Below are positions 1-11,280 of a DNA stretch of 64,000 nt, one piece after another. Numbering within the stretch: the first letter of the stretch is position 1; every line of letters starts with the position of its first letter. A program made the translations under genes and the position numbers. Below the pieces are notes generated by a model. It did not search any database, had not been told where the DNA came from, and saw only the letters and a list, made by a program, of their open reading frames with translations. Source of the DNA: Lepidodermella squamata. Taxonomy: Eukaryota > Animalia > Gastrotricha. The stretch is from positions 2,356,001-2,420,000 of the forward strand of contig JBLDXI010000013.1 of NCBI GenBank assembly GCA_047495785.1, in the 5' to 3' direction.

Positions 1-133
1 TGTCTGTCAGAGCAATGTGAAATATCCTTTGATGAAAACTGTGGCCAGCATTGTTCGCAATGATCCAAGCATCATGCCAACCATTACTACTGGCGACAAA
101 AGCAGCTCGATGTGCAGCGCCGTCATCGGTTGA
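1..133 (+). CDS. 3' end of a GH18 chitinase (partial, continues upstream of window)
   Basis: Reads VCQSNVKYPLMKTVASIVRNDPSIMPTITTGDKSSSMCSAVIG* from position 2. Nearly identical to the segment that follows the GH18 motif YWAIDLDDFAG in the inverted copy at 5155-5524. Confidence 0.8.
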   Translation, partial: VCQSNVKYPLMKTVASIVRNDPSIMPTITTGDKSSSMCSAVIG

Positions 134-494
134 GCAGCACTTTTAGTCAAAACTGCTGCCGGTGATAAGGAACGGTGATAATATAACAGCTAAACTTTCG
201 GGTGCTACGTTTTTGAACATTTTGAACATAGCCGTACACATTTTGGAGCTTGGAAATTATTTATTTTAATAAAAAAATTGGCATTGCACTATAATCTGCC
301 AGTTCATTTTTTTGTGAGCTCAAGCCTCTCTCAAATGGGTTCACCAATTGCGCACCCTAAATTTAGGGTTTCAAAAAAACGAATTTGCAAAAATTCGTTA
401 TAAATTCGTTATAAATTCAGTCTTCGACCCCAATTTTCGGCGTGCAAATATTTGGAACCCTAACTGTCAGTATCGAGGCGGTCAACAGTCTGGG

Positions 495-3255
495 AATGAT
501 TCAACTCACCCCAACGGAAAATACCCATAGCACCATATCCCCACCGCGCTGTTGCGTTCCCCAAGTGGATTATAACAATACACACACGCGCGCACGAACA
601 CACACAAGGAAACTCGCGCGCGCAGGCAGGCGCCCACACCTGATGACACAGAGTAGAGTAGCCAGGAAAGCACGAGGAATTCGCATTCATCATCAACCTG
701 CAATCATTTTGATATTTGATATTCGACGTTCTGATGGGTAAACGCAAAGCAATCGTTACCGATTCTCAAGTTACGGCTGATAACGCTGAAGGTACACACT
801 TTCTTAAGCTGGGTTTTTTTTTTACTAATGGTACCATCCGCATAGCAGCACCTGTAAAGCGTAAACCCGGGCGGCCGCCTGGTTCAAAAAACAAGGCGAA
901 AGTGTCTGAGCAACCGGCTGTCGATCCACCGCCGGTCAGACAAGCGCAAGCTAAGAAGAAGACGGCACAGCGAGTGGCACCCGCGTCAACACCACCGCCC
1001 GTCTTTAATCCGATTACGTTCTCAACAGCTAAGGCAAGCAGAGCTAATCCAGTCGTTGTGGCCACTCAACCGCCGATACCGCCGCGCGTGGCCTCGCCGC
1101 AACTTAGCGAGGACAGCATGCCGGATCTCGAGAATCAGAGCAACTCGGCTTCAAACGACTTCAGCGACGAAGTGCCGGAACAGCACCCGCCTCAAGTAGC
1201 GGACTCAAGCGATTTCGCCTCGCCGAACACCGTGCGCCTGCTGAAGGCCCGCGTTCGCCAGCTCGAAGAAACAGTTCAGCAGCAAACAGTTCCACAGGCA
1301 ACGAACTTGAGCCTCACCCCTGATCAAATGCAGGCCATGTTGGATTTTCAGCCCGAGAAGCACGCTGTTTACTACAAGTCGTCCAAGGATGGCAAAGTCT
1401 TGTGTCACGCCGGCCATCGGTACCTGTTTGACCGACGCAAAAACGGCGCCGTCTACGTCCGCTGCTACGACCACCGTGGCGAATTGAACTGCCACTGTAC
1501 GTGGACTAGCCCGCTTCCCGAGTGGCCAGAAGGGCATAACAGCGCTTGTTACCGGTTCAACCTAGAAGAGGCGCCGAAACATGGAGGTAATTCGATATTT
1601 CGACTAAAATTGTTTGATTTTGATTTAATTTTGTTGTTAGAGCACAACCACGAACCAGACCGAGTTGGAGTCGAGGTCGAAATCAACATGGCTAAAGTTC
1701 GGTGGCTCATCTCCAACCAGCCGGCCGTCGTTCCCGGTCAACACTACCGTCAAGTGAAAAGCGAGATCTCGGACTTGGAGGTACGCGAGGCGTTCCCGGA
1801 CCTCGACGAGATCGTCTCTGGGCTGTACAAGCGCCGAGGCAAGAAGTACCCGAAAAACCCGACGTCGTTGGACGACTTGTTTGAGCTGCTGCAATCAGCC
1901 ATCGCCAAAGATCTAGACGAGGAAACACAAGCGAAAATTGAAGCCTTCATCTTAACGCATGACAAGAACGAAAAGTTTCTGTATCATCTGGAGAAAGGTG
2001 AGGACGGCAAGTCCTACATCGAGCCGCTGGTTTTTCGACGGCACTTTCGCGATAAGCCCGAAAATCTTTTACCAAATGTTCTCCATTCACACGATGAGAG
2101 ACGGCGCGACATTTCCGGCGGCATTTGTCCTCATGTCTGAGAAGAGCTCGGCCCTTTACACTCGGGTCTTTGAAACTCTAATGAACGCAATCGACGCGAC
2201 GCACGAAGAGCTGCAGCTCGAGGAGGCGACGTGCGACTTCGAGAGTGGCCTCCTGCCCGTAATTCGGAAGTTGCGGGGCAAGAATGGCAAGCTGGTCAAG
2301 ATCGTGGGATGCTTTTTTCATTTCTGCAAAGCCCTCCGTACCTGGGTCGACGAAAATGGCCTAAAGGTGAGCTAATTTCTTCCTCTTCAATTCGATTTTA
2401 ACCTGTTACTTTTAGACTGAGTATGAATCGGGGCCGCCGACCGACGACGATGGCAACCGGATCATGGGCCGTCAGACGGCCGTCAAGTGTCTAACGTCGT
2501 CTACGTCACGATTCGCCGCTTCCAGGCTCTTGCCCTGCTCAAAGAAGACGAAGTTGAGGCCGCCGCTGAGTTGCTCTTCTCCAAATTGCCACCTATGCTG
2601 AGGGAAAAGGACTTCGAAAAATATTTCCGCGGCACCTGGATGAAGCGTTTTCCAATCAGTGAATGGAATGTTCATGGACAGTGCATTCGAACAAACAACG
2701 GCGTCGAAGGGTGGCATCACCGCATGAACGTGGTCGCTAATCATCGCAAACACCCTGCTATCTGGTTTTTCATTGAGTCTATTCAAAAAGAGGAGGCCGA
2801 AGTAGCTGTCAAGATGGCCAAGTTCGAAAAACAGGGCAAGCCGTTGTGCAAGTCGAAGAAGAACCAGTGTTTAAAAAATCAAGCCTTAATTAATGTCGAA
2901 AAAGCGTTTAACGAAAATTTAGTTCACCTAGCCGCCTCTCGGGACCCGTTGAAGCATAAGAAGAAAAATGATTTGCTCATTGAATTTCTTGATAACGTCT
3001 CAAAATTGTTGAAGAAAAAAAATATTAGAATATTTGTTGAAATTTCTATTTGTAACTCGTAATTTGTTGTGGCTTTGTTGCTTGGTCTTTTCCTTTTACT
3101 TTTCGTTGTTGTGGCTTGAATAAAGTTTATTTACTCAATTGTTTACTCGGTGCGCATTAATTTTGGGGATTATCGCGTTGGGCGCGCGCGCACGGGGATA
3201 ATCGCATTGGGTGCGTTGCTTCGGGTAATTTCCGTTGGGGAGAGTTGAATATACG
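495..3255 (+). mobile_element. Mutator-like (MULE) DNA transposon
   Basis: Imperfect ~36-bp TIRs (attcaactcaccccaacggaaaataccc.. vs reverse complement of ..gggtaatttccgttggggagagttgaat). Flanked by a perfect 9-bp direct repeat cagtctggg at 486-494 and 3256-3264. Encloses a MULE transposase. Confidence 0.92.
734..3062 (+). pseudogene. FLYWCH + MULE DDE transposase, frameshifted
   Basis: AT-hook-like KRKPGRPPGSK, FLYWCH-like region (GHRYLF..YVRC..HNH), WFFDGTF, TCDFE, GCFFHF, RTNNGVEGWH. Introns at 792-845, 1587-1640 and 2367-2415. The reading frame changes near 2015-2025 and again near 2465. Confidence 0.85.
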
Positions 3256-3668
3256 CAGTCTGGGTTATCTCTGATTGTCAGTCTGGAGTTGCAAACTTGA
3301 CAGCACTGAGTAATGTAAAATTACAGTAAAATACTCTATCGATAAGAACGTATTCGTAAACAATACTTTTGAGTTAGACATTACCTGGCTTTCTGATCAG
3401 ATTATTGTGAACATGCCTAAAATATAGTCTACCAATTATCTTGCGCCGTTATTTCAGAAGAGGAGAATAGCAACTCATATTCTTCTTCGGAAATGAAGCG
3501 TGATGATCAAAAATCGAAGCGTAATCAGAATCACATGGAAAATCGGCACTTAATCGATTGTTTTCTTGTCGTGTCTGCAATATAAATTGGAACAACCCAG
3601 GTGCATCGCAAGCCTAAAAATAGTCAGAATATAAGTCGCATTGTCATTTCTTCAGGGAACAAATTGAG

Positions 3669-4989
3669 ATGTTGATCGCTAATGAGGTAACTTATGGCCT
3701 GCTAATGGCAGCTGTCATTTGCTACGATTCAAGTGCTTCTCGGTTAACTTCAACATCACCGAGCAACCGCCTGCAAAAGACAACGCTCAGGACAACGAAG
3801 TTTCGAACAGCAGCGACCACTACGACGCGCAGACCAATAACATTAGCGACCAGATCATTGGCTCGAGCTACAACAACGACAGAAAATGCGAACGAAGAGT
3901 ATGAAGAAGGCGAAGACGAAGATGAATACGAGTCCGCGGAAGACCTACTCGCCGATCCATCATTGCTCAGCGCGGTTAGTTAACCGAGCAAAAATAATCG
4001 GGATAATGTTTGTCATTTTTTACAGATGATGAACGAGACGGTGCACGAACATTTCTACCACACGACACATGCCCCTGTCAGTGTAAATTAGCTGAGATTG
4101 TTTTGAGTTGTACCTTTAATGAAATTACATTATTCCACAGGAATTTGGAGAACCTACCAAGCTGATTGGAAACGCGTGTATTTTGATCATTGGCTGTTCG
4201 ATTGCGATAGCGACATTTTTTAAGGTGGCGGATTTTATATGCACAGGTGGCGAGGCGGTGTCTTACGGCAGTGGTTGTGGGTTGCCAACTGCGATTCGTC
4301 GGTTATGCTACAAAAAATCTCGCTCAACGGCCAAATCGGCGCAAATTTGCGAGGAAACGCCTGTTATCTATCGACGAACCTACGACGATTTAGCTCAACC
4401 CCGTCAGCTTTTGATGACAAAAAAGAGAGGGCCAGTGAATGAGGTCGTCCTGTCGCCGTCCTTTCTGAGTGTCGATCAGCATTTAAGTCTATCAAAGGCT
4501 GAAATGAGGTCAAGCAGTGAGGCTAATTTGTCGCAGCGGCGCCGAGCTGCTGAACCAGTCTGGCACCGAGCCAGTGTCATGCGACAAACCGCGGCCAGGG
4601 CTACGACCTGTTTTGATGTCCCCAATCAACTGCTCCTGAAGCCATGTCCTCCTAGCAATATGCCGGCTATTTTTACGACAGCCTTAGTTCAACAACTGGA
4701 CGCAACTCGTCATCATAGAAATCCGGATGAAGCTACAGTATCAGACTTTGACATTTCTCTGTCTGACAGCGAAGCTGGATCTATTTTCACCAAGCTAGAC
4801 AAAGCGAGACATCGTCTTCTGTTGAAGCAAAGCCCTCAAGACAGACCGTCGATTTTGATTCCGATGGCGGAAGATCCGATTGTCGCAGCCAGTAATAGTA
4901 ATTATTCTTTCAGATCGATCCAACCTCATTTAACAGCGAATGATGATTACTCAGCCTCTTCCCACAACTCGAAAATACTCAGATTTTAA
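3669..4989 (+). CDS. Orphan single-pass type-I membrane protein with mucin-like/acidic ectodomain
   Basis: Three in-frame exons (3669-3974, 4026-4076, 4141-4989) with GT-AG introns. Signal peptide, Thr-rich stalk, EEYEEGEDEDEYE acidic run, hydrophobic segment LIGNACILIIGCSIAIATFF, long Ser/Arg-rich tail. Confidence 0.75.
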
Positions 4990-5154
4990 CGTTTATAAAA
5001 ATAGCATTCTTAAATAAAATTACGATCTCGTCGGTAAAAATTGCTTTAAGGCTGTCTTTGTTCTGAAAATACTAAATCTCGGGGTTATATTCATAGTAGA
5101 AAGGTCAAGAAAAAGCGAGTATCATCATCCGTTATCGCAAGAGTTGCCTGTGCG

Positions 5155-5524
5155 TTATAGAATGGTAACAGCGTTGCACATGGAGCTGCTTTTGTCGCCA
5201 GTAGTTATGGTTGGCGATGCTGGACGATGCTGGCCACAGTTTTCATCAATGGGTATTTAACATTGCTCTGACAGACACCAGCGAAATCGTCCAGATCAAT
5301 GGCCCAATACATGACACCTCCAAGCTATAATTAAACGAATGAAAATGTAACATTTTCATGTGAAACAAATCAGAAACGAACCCCTTCGCTGAGGGTGAAT
5401 TGCGCTTTAGCCTTGACGGACGCTCGATCTTCAGTCGAGATCCAGTTATTGCCCGAAAACTGGTAAGGAACCTCGCAATCAGCGTCGTAGACATAAGTGT
5501 AAGTTGGGCACGCCGGCATTCCAA
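5155..5524 (-). pseudogene. GH18 chitinase C-terminal fragment (inverted partial duplicate)
   Basis: Two exons encode ..YDADCEVPYQFSGNNWISTEDRASVKAKAQFTLSEG|LGGVMYWAIDLDDFAGVCQSNVKYPLMKTVASIV. Deletions relative to 1-133 shift the frame (stop at 5205-5207). No upstream chitinase exons are recognisable. Confidence 0.8.
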
Positions 5525-6582
5525 CTGCAATAAAATGCTACCAATTGTAAGAGTGACAATTTTTGTTTGAATTCCAAACCCTTTGCCGATCTGACCTTCA
5601 ATATTTCGGTCCTGCCTTAAAAATTCGGCATAAACCGTATCTATACGCTCCATTCATCTCACCCGACCTTTTAACTTATTTGCTCTAAATTAGCATAAAA
5701 GGCTGACGTTTTATCTGACGTTTTTTACCCCGAATCATTTCGGCATGCAAATCGTCCAAAGGAGGTTCGCTAGAACCGCTCATTTATGGTTTAGGTGAAC
5801 ACGAGACACTTCTCACGCCTTCCTTGCGGCTGATTCTGTGATTGCATCAATACCTGTCGGCAGAAGGCAGAAAGCTGTTGGTCAGAAGTCGGTTTCGCGC
5901 CACTGGTCTAACAAGATATGTGTACCTCCAACCCAATTCCGGGAACATTATTCCGAGTGACTCGAGAGAAAACCGTTTACATTAGCATACTCTATGTTTC
6001 TGCGCGTCAAAGGCATTACGCCATTTGTTTCATTTCCGACACACTGTTCCCACGATATCGTGACACATTCAGTGCACCAGAGTACGTGCAGTAGGCGGCG
6101 ATTATAGCGTCGATACAGTTTCATTTTGGTAAATCTAGCCTGGACAAATTTAATAGTTTTAAATGTCATGATGTCATGGCAGTCTAGTCTAGATATCGTG
6201 ACGCTTCACTATAGAGATGATCAGTCATGGACCGTAAAAATTATAAAATGAGATATTACACGCCAGCAGTGTATTGTGTAGGCATTCAGAAGGTTTCCTA
6301 TCTCAGAGGGGGAATATTGTTAGCAACGGATGCGCAAACACCCCTCATGACTTACAACTTTGATAATACGATGTATGCATCCGCTAGCAACACGCCTTTA
6401 ACCATACCAAAACACAGGTTAATATGACCTGACACTTTAGATAAATGAGCCTCGCAATTACAAAGCTGTTATTATAGTTCTTATTCAGAAATTTAAAGCT
6501 GCAGATAAGCCCCGCCAAAAACTTGCTATATAAGGAAGGAGATATTTAGTAAAATAAGCAGCTATATACCGCAAAAAACATT

Positions 6583-8454
6583 ATGCTCCCAAAACTTCCT
6601 TTTTCAGTTCTATTTGTGGCAATTTCCGTGTTTCAGTTCTCTGCCGCATTCAAATCACTTCAGACAGCTATACCGAATGGCGACAAAGTTCCCGATCCAT
6701 GCGAACCTGCCTCAATTTGGCAGGGCGTAGGGCATCAGGATCCCCGCGGGGGCGGTCCCAGGAACCCGTTCGGTTCCGACTTTTTCAAAGCTGGAAAGGT
6801 TTGGACTACAGAATTTTGCAAGCTCGACAGCGATGGCGACGGGAAGTCAAACGGCCAGGAGCTTGGTGATCCCAATTGCGTTTGGACGCCTGGTTCAACC
6901 CCAGCAATAACTGACCCCAAACAACTTAGCCACCCTGGAATTTGCGAGCCAATAGATTCAACTGTATGCCTGGGGAAGAACACGTTTCTGCAAAGCTGTG
7001 CAGCTCTGGGAAAGACGACACCAGCTCCTTTAACAGGTTGCCCTGGCCTCAACGAACCTGGAGTTTATCAGCAAATTTTCACGTTTGACAAGGCCAAATT
7101 GTCGGACGAAGAAACACAATACATCTGTCAAATCTTTGACATTCCATCCGATGAAGAATACGAAATTATCGCGGTATGTCGCTTAAAGATTTCTTTCTTT
7201 TTTAACCGAGTAATTGTTCAAATTGAAATGTTTAGTGGGAACCGATTATTGATAATCGCGAAATCTTGCACCATATGATTTTATATGCTTGTGAATATTG
7301 GTTTAAAAATCCAAGCGAACTGCCGTTCAATGAGCCAAAAAAGTGTCGAATGGTTCCTGAATATTGCCCATCGATGATTATAGTATGGGCCTATGGAATT
7401 GAAGGCCAGTGTTATTCCGCCGAATTTGGGGCACCCTTCGGCAAAGGACACTACACTAAAATGACATTGCAGCATCACTACAACAACGACCAACGCAAGC
7501 CCGGGTACGTTGATTCGTCTGGCATCAGGTTTTACTATCAGAAAAAGAAGCGGCCTCAAAACAAGGGCTTGATAGCTTTTGGCGATATGTTGCTGAAAAT
7601 CCCACCGAATACGCAGAGCTTCCACGTGACAAACAAAATGTCATCACAATGCACACAACAATTGCTTACGCCCAATCAGCCTCTACGTATGGTCTCGCTT
7701 CTGATGCACATTCATAAACAGGGCAGTTACGGCCGTTTGGTGTTAAGCAAGAAAAAGGCAGGTTATTCGATAGTTCTTGTTGATGAAGCGATCACTTATG
7801 ATAAGCCAAAAACCGCGCTTTGGACTGGAGACCATAAAATTATCCTCGAAGCTGGAGATGAGCTGACCTTCACTTGCGGCTACAACACGGAGAATAAGAA
7901 TACCTGGTCCTTTTTTGGCTCACAAACAACTGATGAGATGTGTTACTATTTTATCGATGGTAAGCATATATATTTTACCAACTTATACTTCTGAAACTTG
8001 GATTCGTCTGATAGTCTACCCAAGGCCTTACAATCTGAATTACATAATGCCGGCGAGTTTGGGTGATTTGGATTACTGCGAACAAATGGGGGTGCCAGGT
8101 CAGCCATGGGGTGCGCGTGGGTGTGTATTTTCCAACTTCTACAGCAAATTTGGGGCAAAGCCAGGCAACCCAGTGCCCGAGGACCTCGCCAAACTCGTGC
8201 AGGACTGTGGCTGCATGGAATCATACCCTGCCAAAGGCTGTTCTGCGGCATGTTATAACTCTATGAAAAAGTACAGCTTATTTGGCGATCCTTGCGTCGC
8301 CAGCGACAACGTTTTCATGATGGGAATGCAAACATTCTACGACGACTCGGAAATATTAATTCGAGCTCAATCACAAATGGATGTTTGCCAGAATTTGGGT
8401 TCTGAACCCTTGCCGAGCGAAACATGTGGTTTCCGAAACTCGGCCAGTCGATGA
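6583..8454 (+). CDS. Temptin-domain + copper type II ascorbate-dependent monooxygenase (DBH/MOXD1-like)
   Basis: Signal peptide. Temptin signature IPNG..VPDPC..WQGVGH..GGGPRNPFG.DF..W..C.LDSDGDGKSNGQELGDPNCVW. Cu-ligand motifs LHHMILYAC, LQHHYNN, MHIH and DEMC. Introns at 7174-7235 and 7960-8014. Confidence 0.9.
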
Positions 8455-9006
8455 TGAGGCGTTCCTTATTATTCCACCAATCGCTTTATTATTTGCTTCA
8501 CTATTTTGACTTATTTAGATTCAAAATTGGTGATTAAAAAATCTTAATTTTCTACTAAATCATCGGCGGAGGCTCGTAATTAGCAAGGAGTCTATAGAAT
8601 AATTATTTTTATTATCTTTATTTCGAAAAATATACTGTTGTATAAAAATCCGGTATAAACAATTCGTGGTTTCAAAAGGGCACGCAGGCCGCTAACTTTG
8701 AGCCAATTGAATAATATAATATTAAGAAATGCTAACAACAGAAACAAAATGTTCCGAAAATTAAGTCCATCAAGTCCATCATTCGAATGTTTGAGATGCT
8801 TGCACATAATTTTCCAGCTTTTTCGAACCTATCCATCCTGGCTAGAGTGCATGAGAGCAGGTCGTATATAGTTAATAAAACACCTATTGCCATGTTAGCT
8901 TGAACGTAAAAGAATAGATAAGCGGGCTGTGAGGTTTGAGGAATGTTAGCTGTGAATAACTGCTCCGAGACTTGATAGGCCAGTACTGTAGTAATTGAAT
9001 ATCCAG

Positions 9007-9200
9007 CTCTATCCGACATAGCTGGTGGCTAAATGAATACGACCTATCTGATGAAATCCCCAAAGCTTGTGAATGGTTGCAGGCTCGAGTGACGAAAAGC
9101 TTACTTATCAAATGCCCAGCTGGTTACATTCGAAGCCAGACAAGCAGCAAATGCGTTTCAGTTAACGCCCTTTGTGATGGTGTTCAAGATTGTTGCCCCT
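9007..9200 (+). pseudogene. Orphan exon with LDL-receptor class A repeat fragment
   Basis: AG..GT-bounded open segment encoding DLSDEIPKAC..KCPAGYIRSQTSSKCVSVNALCDGVQDCC. One expected Cys is Ser. No partner exons found nearby. Confidence 0.55.
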
Positions 9201-9695
9201 GTGAGTATCTCAAGTGGAGCGACTCGGAACTAGCTTCCGAAGGTCTCGCGTAAGAGGCGGGAAGCAATAATAGATAGTAGGCATGATCTCTGTAAACGTG
9301 ACCCATTTTAACACATGCGAGCGAACTGGCGAAATCGGCTGTGAAAACAGGAGAAAATGCTCTGAGAAAAACGGAGGTTGTGCTGGGCAATGTACACAAT
9401 TTTATAGCATTACGAACAATTTACACTCGTAAAGAGTCTATATCTGAACTCGCCGTACTCGATTTACTCATCTCCACTCGTCTTCGACTCGTTCCGATTC
9501 GTAAATCTCGGCCGGCTCCGTTCAGATATAGACTCTTTACTCGTGCTATATCAGACAAATATGAGACTTGAAACTCTCTCCAATGAGATTGGCGGTTGCA
9601 ATATTTCCGAACAAAACTTCACGAACATGTTCTCTTTTCTCCAACGTTTTCACCATTCATTTTTATTATGTCAATGATCTGGCTTTGAGCAGACT

Positions 9696-10112
9696 TCATT
9701 GATATTTTTGAGCTAGCACTATAAAACATATTATGGCAGTTTTTACCACTATCATAGCATTCGCCATTGGTGTATATGCCTCGTTGCACAAATCAGTGTT
9801 CCGGCAGCAATTAAAGCCGCCACATCCAAAGTTGTTGTAGCAATCAGAATCGATAATCGACAGACAAGCTGCGTCGGTCGTACAGCCTCGAAAGCCCGTG
9901 CTAGGTACAACGAAGCACGGAGTTGTCTGAAGATTTTGCTGCTGGCCCGTGGGGACAGTGCAGTTCACTATTCGCCAGTTGTACTTGAGCGTGCAGTTGG
10001 TCCACATTGGATTGCATTCATAGCAGAAGCTAACGGCGCTCACTTTTCCAAGAGAAATCCAAGCAAGCAAAGCTGCACTAGATACGCAAAGAATGGCCAG
10101 AGACCGGCTCAT
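9696..10112 (-). CDS. Three-finger (Ly6/uPAR-like) GPI-type protein #1, intronless, no Trp-rich insert
   Basis: Signal peptide, CYEC..C..C..C..RGC..C..C..C..CC.....CN (12 Cys), hydrophobic C-terminal tail. Confidence 0.88.
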   Translation of the reverse strand: MSRSLAILCVSSAALLAWISLGKVSAVSFCYECNPMWTNCTLKYNWRIVNCTVPTGQQQNLQTTPCFVVPSTGFRGCTTDAACLSIIDSDCYNNFGCGGFNCCRNTDLCNEAYTPMANAMIVVKTAIICFIVLAQKYQ

Positions 10113-10594
10113 CTATATAATAAGATATTTTCATTTCAATTTCGATAAATGATAAATTCATTAAATCGTGAGAATCGCAAAATAAAAGAAAATTGCAATG
10201 GAAAATTTAAATAAAAATTTCGGGCACAGAAGACATCTTTCGCAAAATCGATGCTTTAAATGGAAAATAGCTGGAAAAATATGAAGAAGATTTATGAAAT
10301 GATAAAATTAATAATCAGCAGGCTCATATACAAGCAAACATGTTTTGTCGACGCATATTGTTTGACACCATATTGAGTTACGGCACTATCCGAAGGTGTG
10401 AATGCGTTAAAAAAGTTGACCACGTTTTCTTTGTGGAGCCAAAGGTTTCTTGGTTGACCTATATTAAATTGAACCGAAACCGATAAATCGAATCTCGAAT
10501 CGATTTGCAAAGGTCACCACGCTCATTCCTTTAATTATTTTATTCTTCAGTTTCGTCAATTGGATTATAATAAAAATAGTATCTATACACAATG

Positions 10595-11068
10595 CTATGA
10601 ATCGCTGACATTCATCTGATATGAGAACAAAAATCCGAAAAAAATTGCGAACAATAAAAGTTTTGGAGGTTCAAAGTTCGAATCGGACTGATTGCACAAA
10701 TCTCGATCCCGACAGCAATAGAAGCCACCGCATCCGTATGAGGAATAGCAATTCATGTAACGTGTCGGGTTACACTGGATAGTGTTTGTAACGCAACCTC
10801 TTTGACCCCTATAATAAATAGGAAGGAGTATTTTTTTATCGCAAAATTAAAAAATGGCTGCTTACGTGGTTGGCATGACGTAGCAGGGCGTGCCGGTATC
10901 ATTAAGGTTGCAAACTTGCTGGTACCAAAACGTCGAAACGTTACACGCTGTTGTAGCGTTGCAAGCGTAACACATTGTCACAGCCGAAACGCCGTTATCA
11001 AGAAAAACGGCGATTAAAAACGGCGCAACGATCAGGGCGGAGGCGAAGGCGAACAACGAACTATTCAT
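10595..11068 (-). CDS. Three-finger GPI-type protein #2 (2 exons, no Trp-rich insert)
   Basis: MNSSLFAF..CYACNATTAC..PCYVMPTT, intron 10809-10865, GQRGCVTNTIQCNPTRYMNCYSSYGCGGFYCCRDRDLCNQS, then a hydrophobic tail. Confidence 0.88.
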
Positions 11069-11280
11069 ATTTTTTCTGCCGTATAAAGTCAATTTTATTT
11101 TGTTTACAAATGTAATAAAGAGATAGCAGATGATAACATCAATGATAAAATTGTCACGTTTTTGACACCTCGGTCGTCGTGTATAGTTCGTAAAATTTGT
11201 CAATAGAATGTAACATGTTTGTTGCGGAAAGGTGATAAAAAATTATGTGTTAGTTGCGCATCATCGTTTCGTTGTTTTTT

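Noticed and set aside
5155-5524. Alternative 3' exons of the chitinase at 11281-12948
   Set aside because: The splice phase is incompatible with the FYE| donor, the fragment is frameshifted, and it matches the gene at 1-133 instead.
8452-8457. TGA TGA as selenocysteine or readthrough codons
   Set aside because: No SECIS-like hairpin was recognised, and a frameshifted GPI tail explains the downstream sequence better.
8732-9019. Minus-strand RMDRF..DGLDGL resembling a chitinase catalytic region
   Set aside because: The pieces are in different frames and there is no DxDxE, so it is too weak to call.
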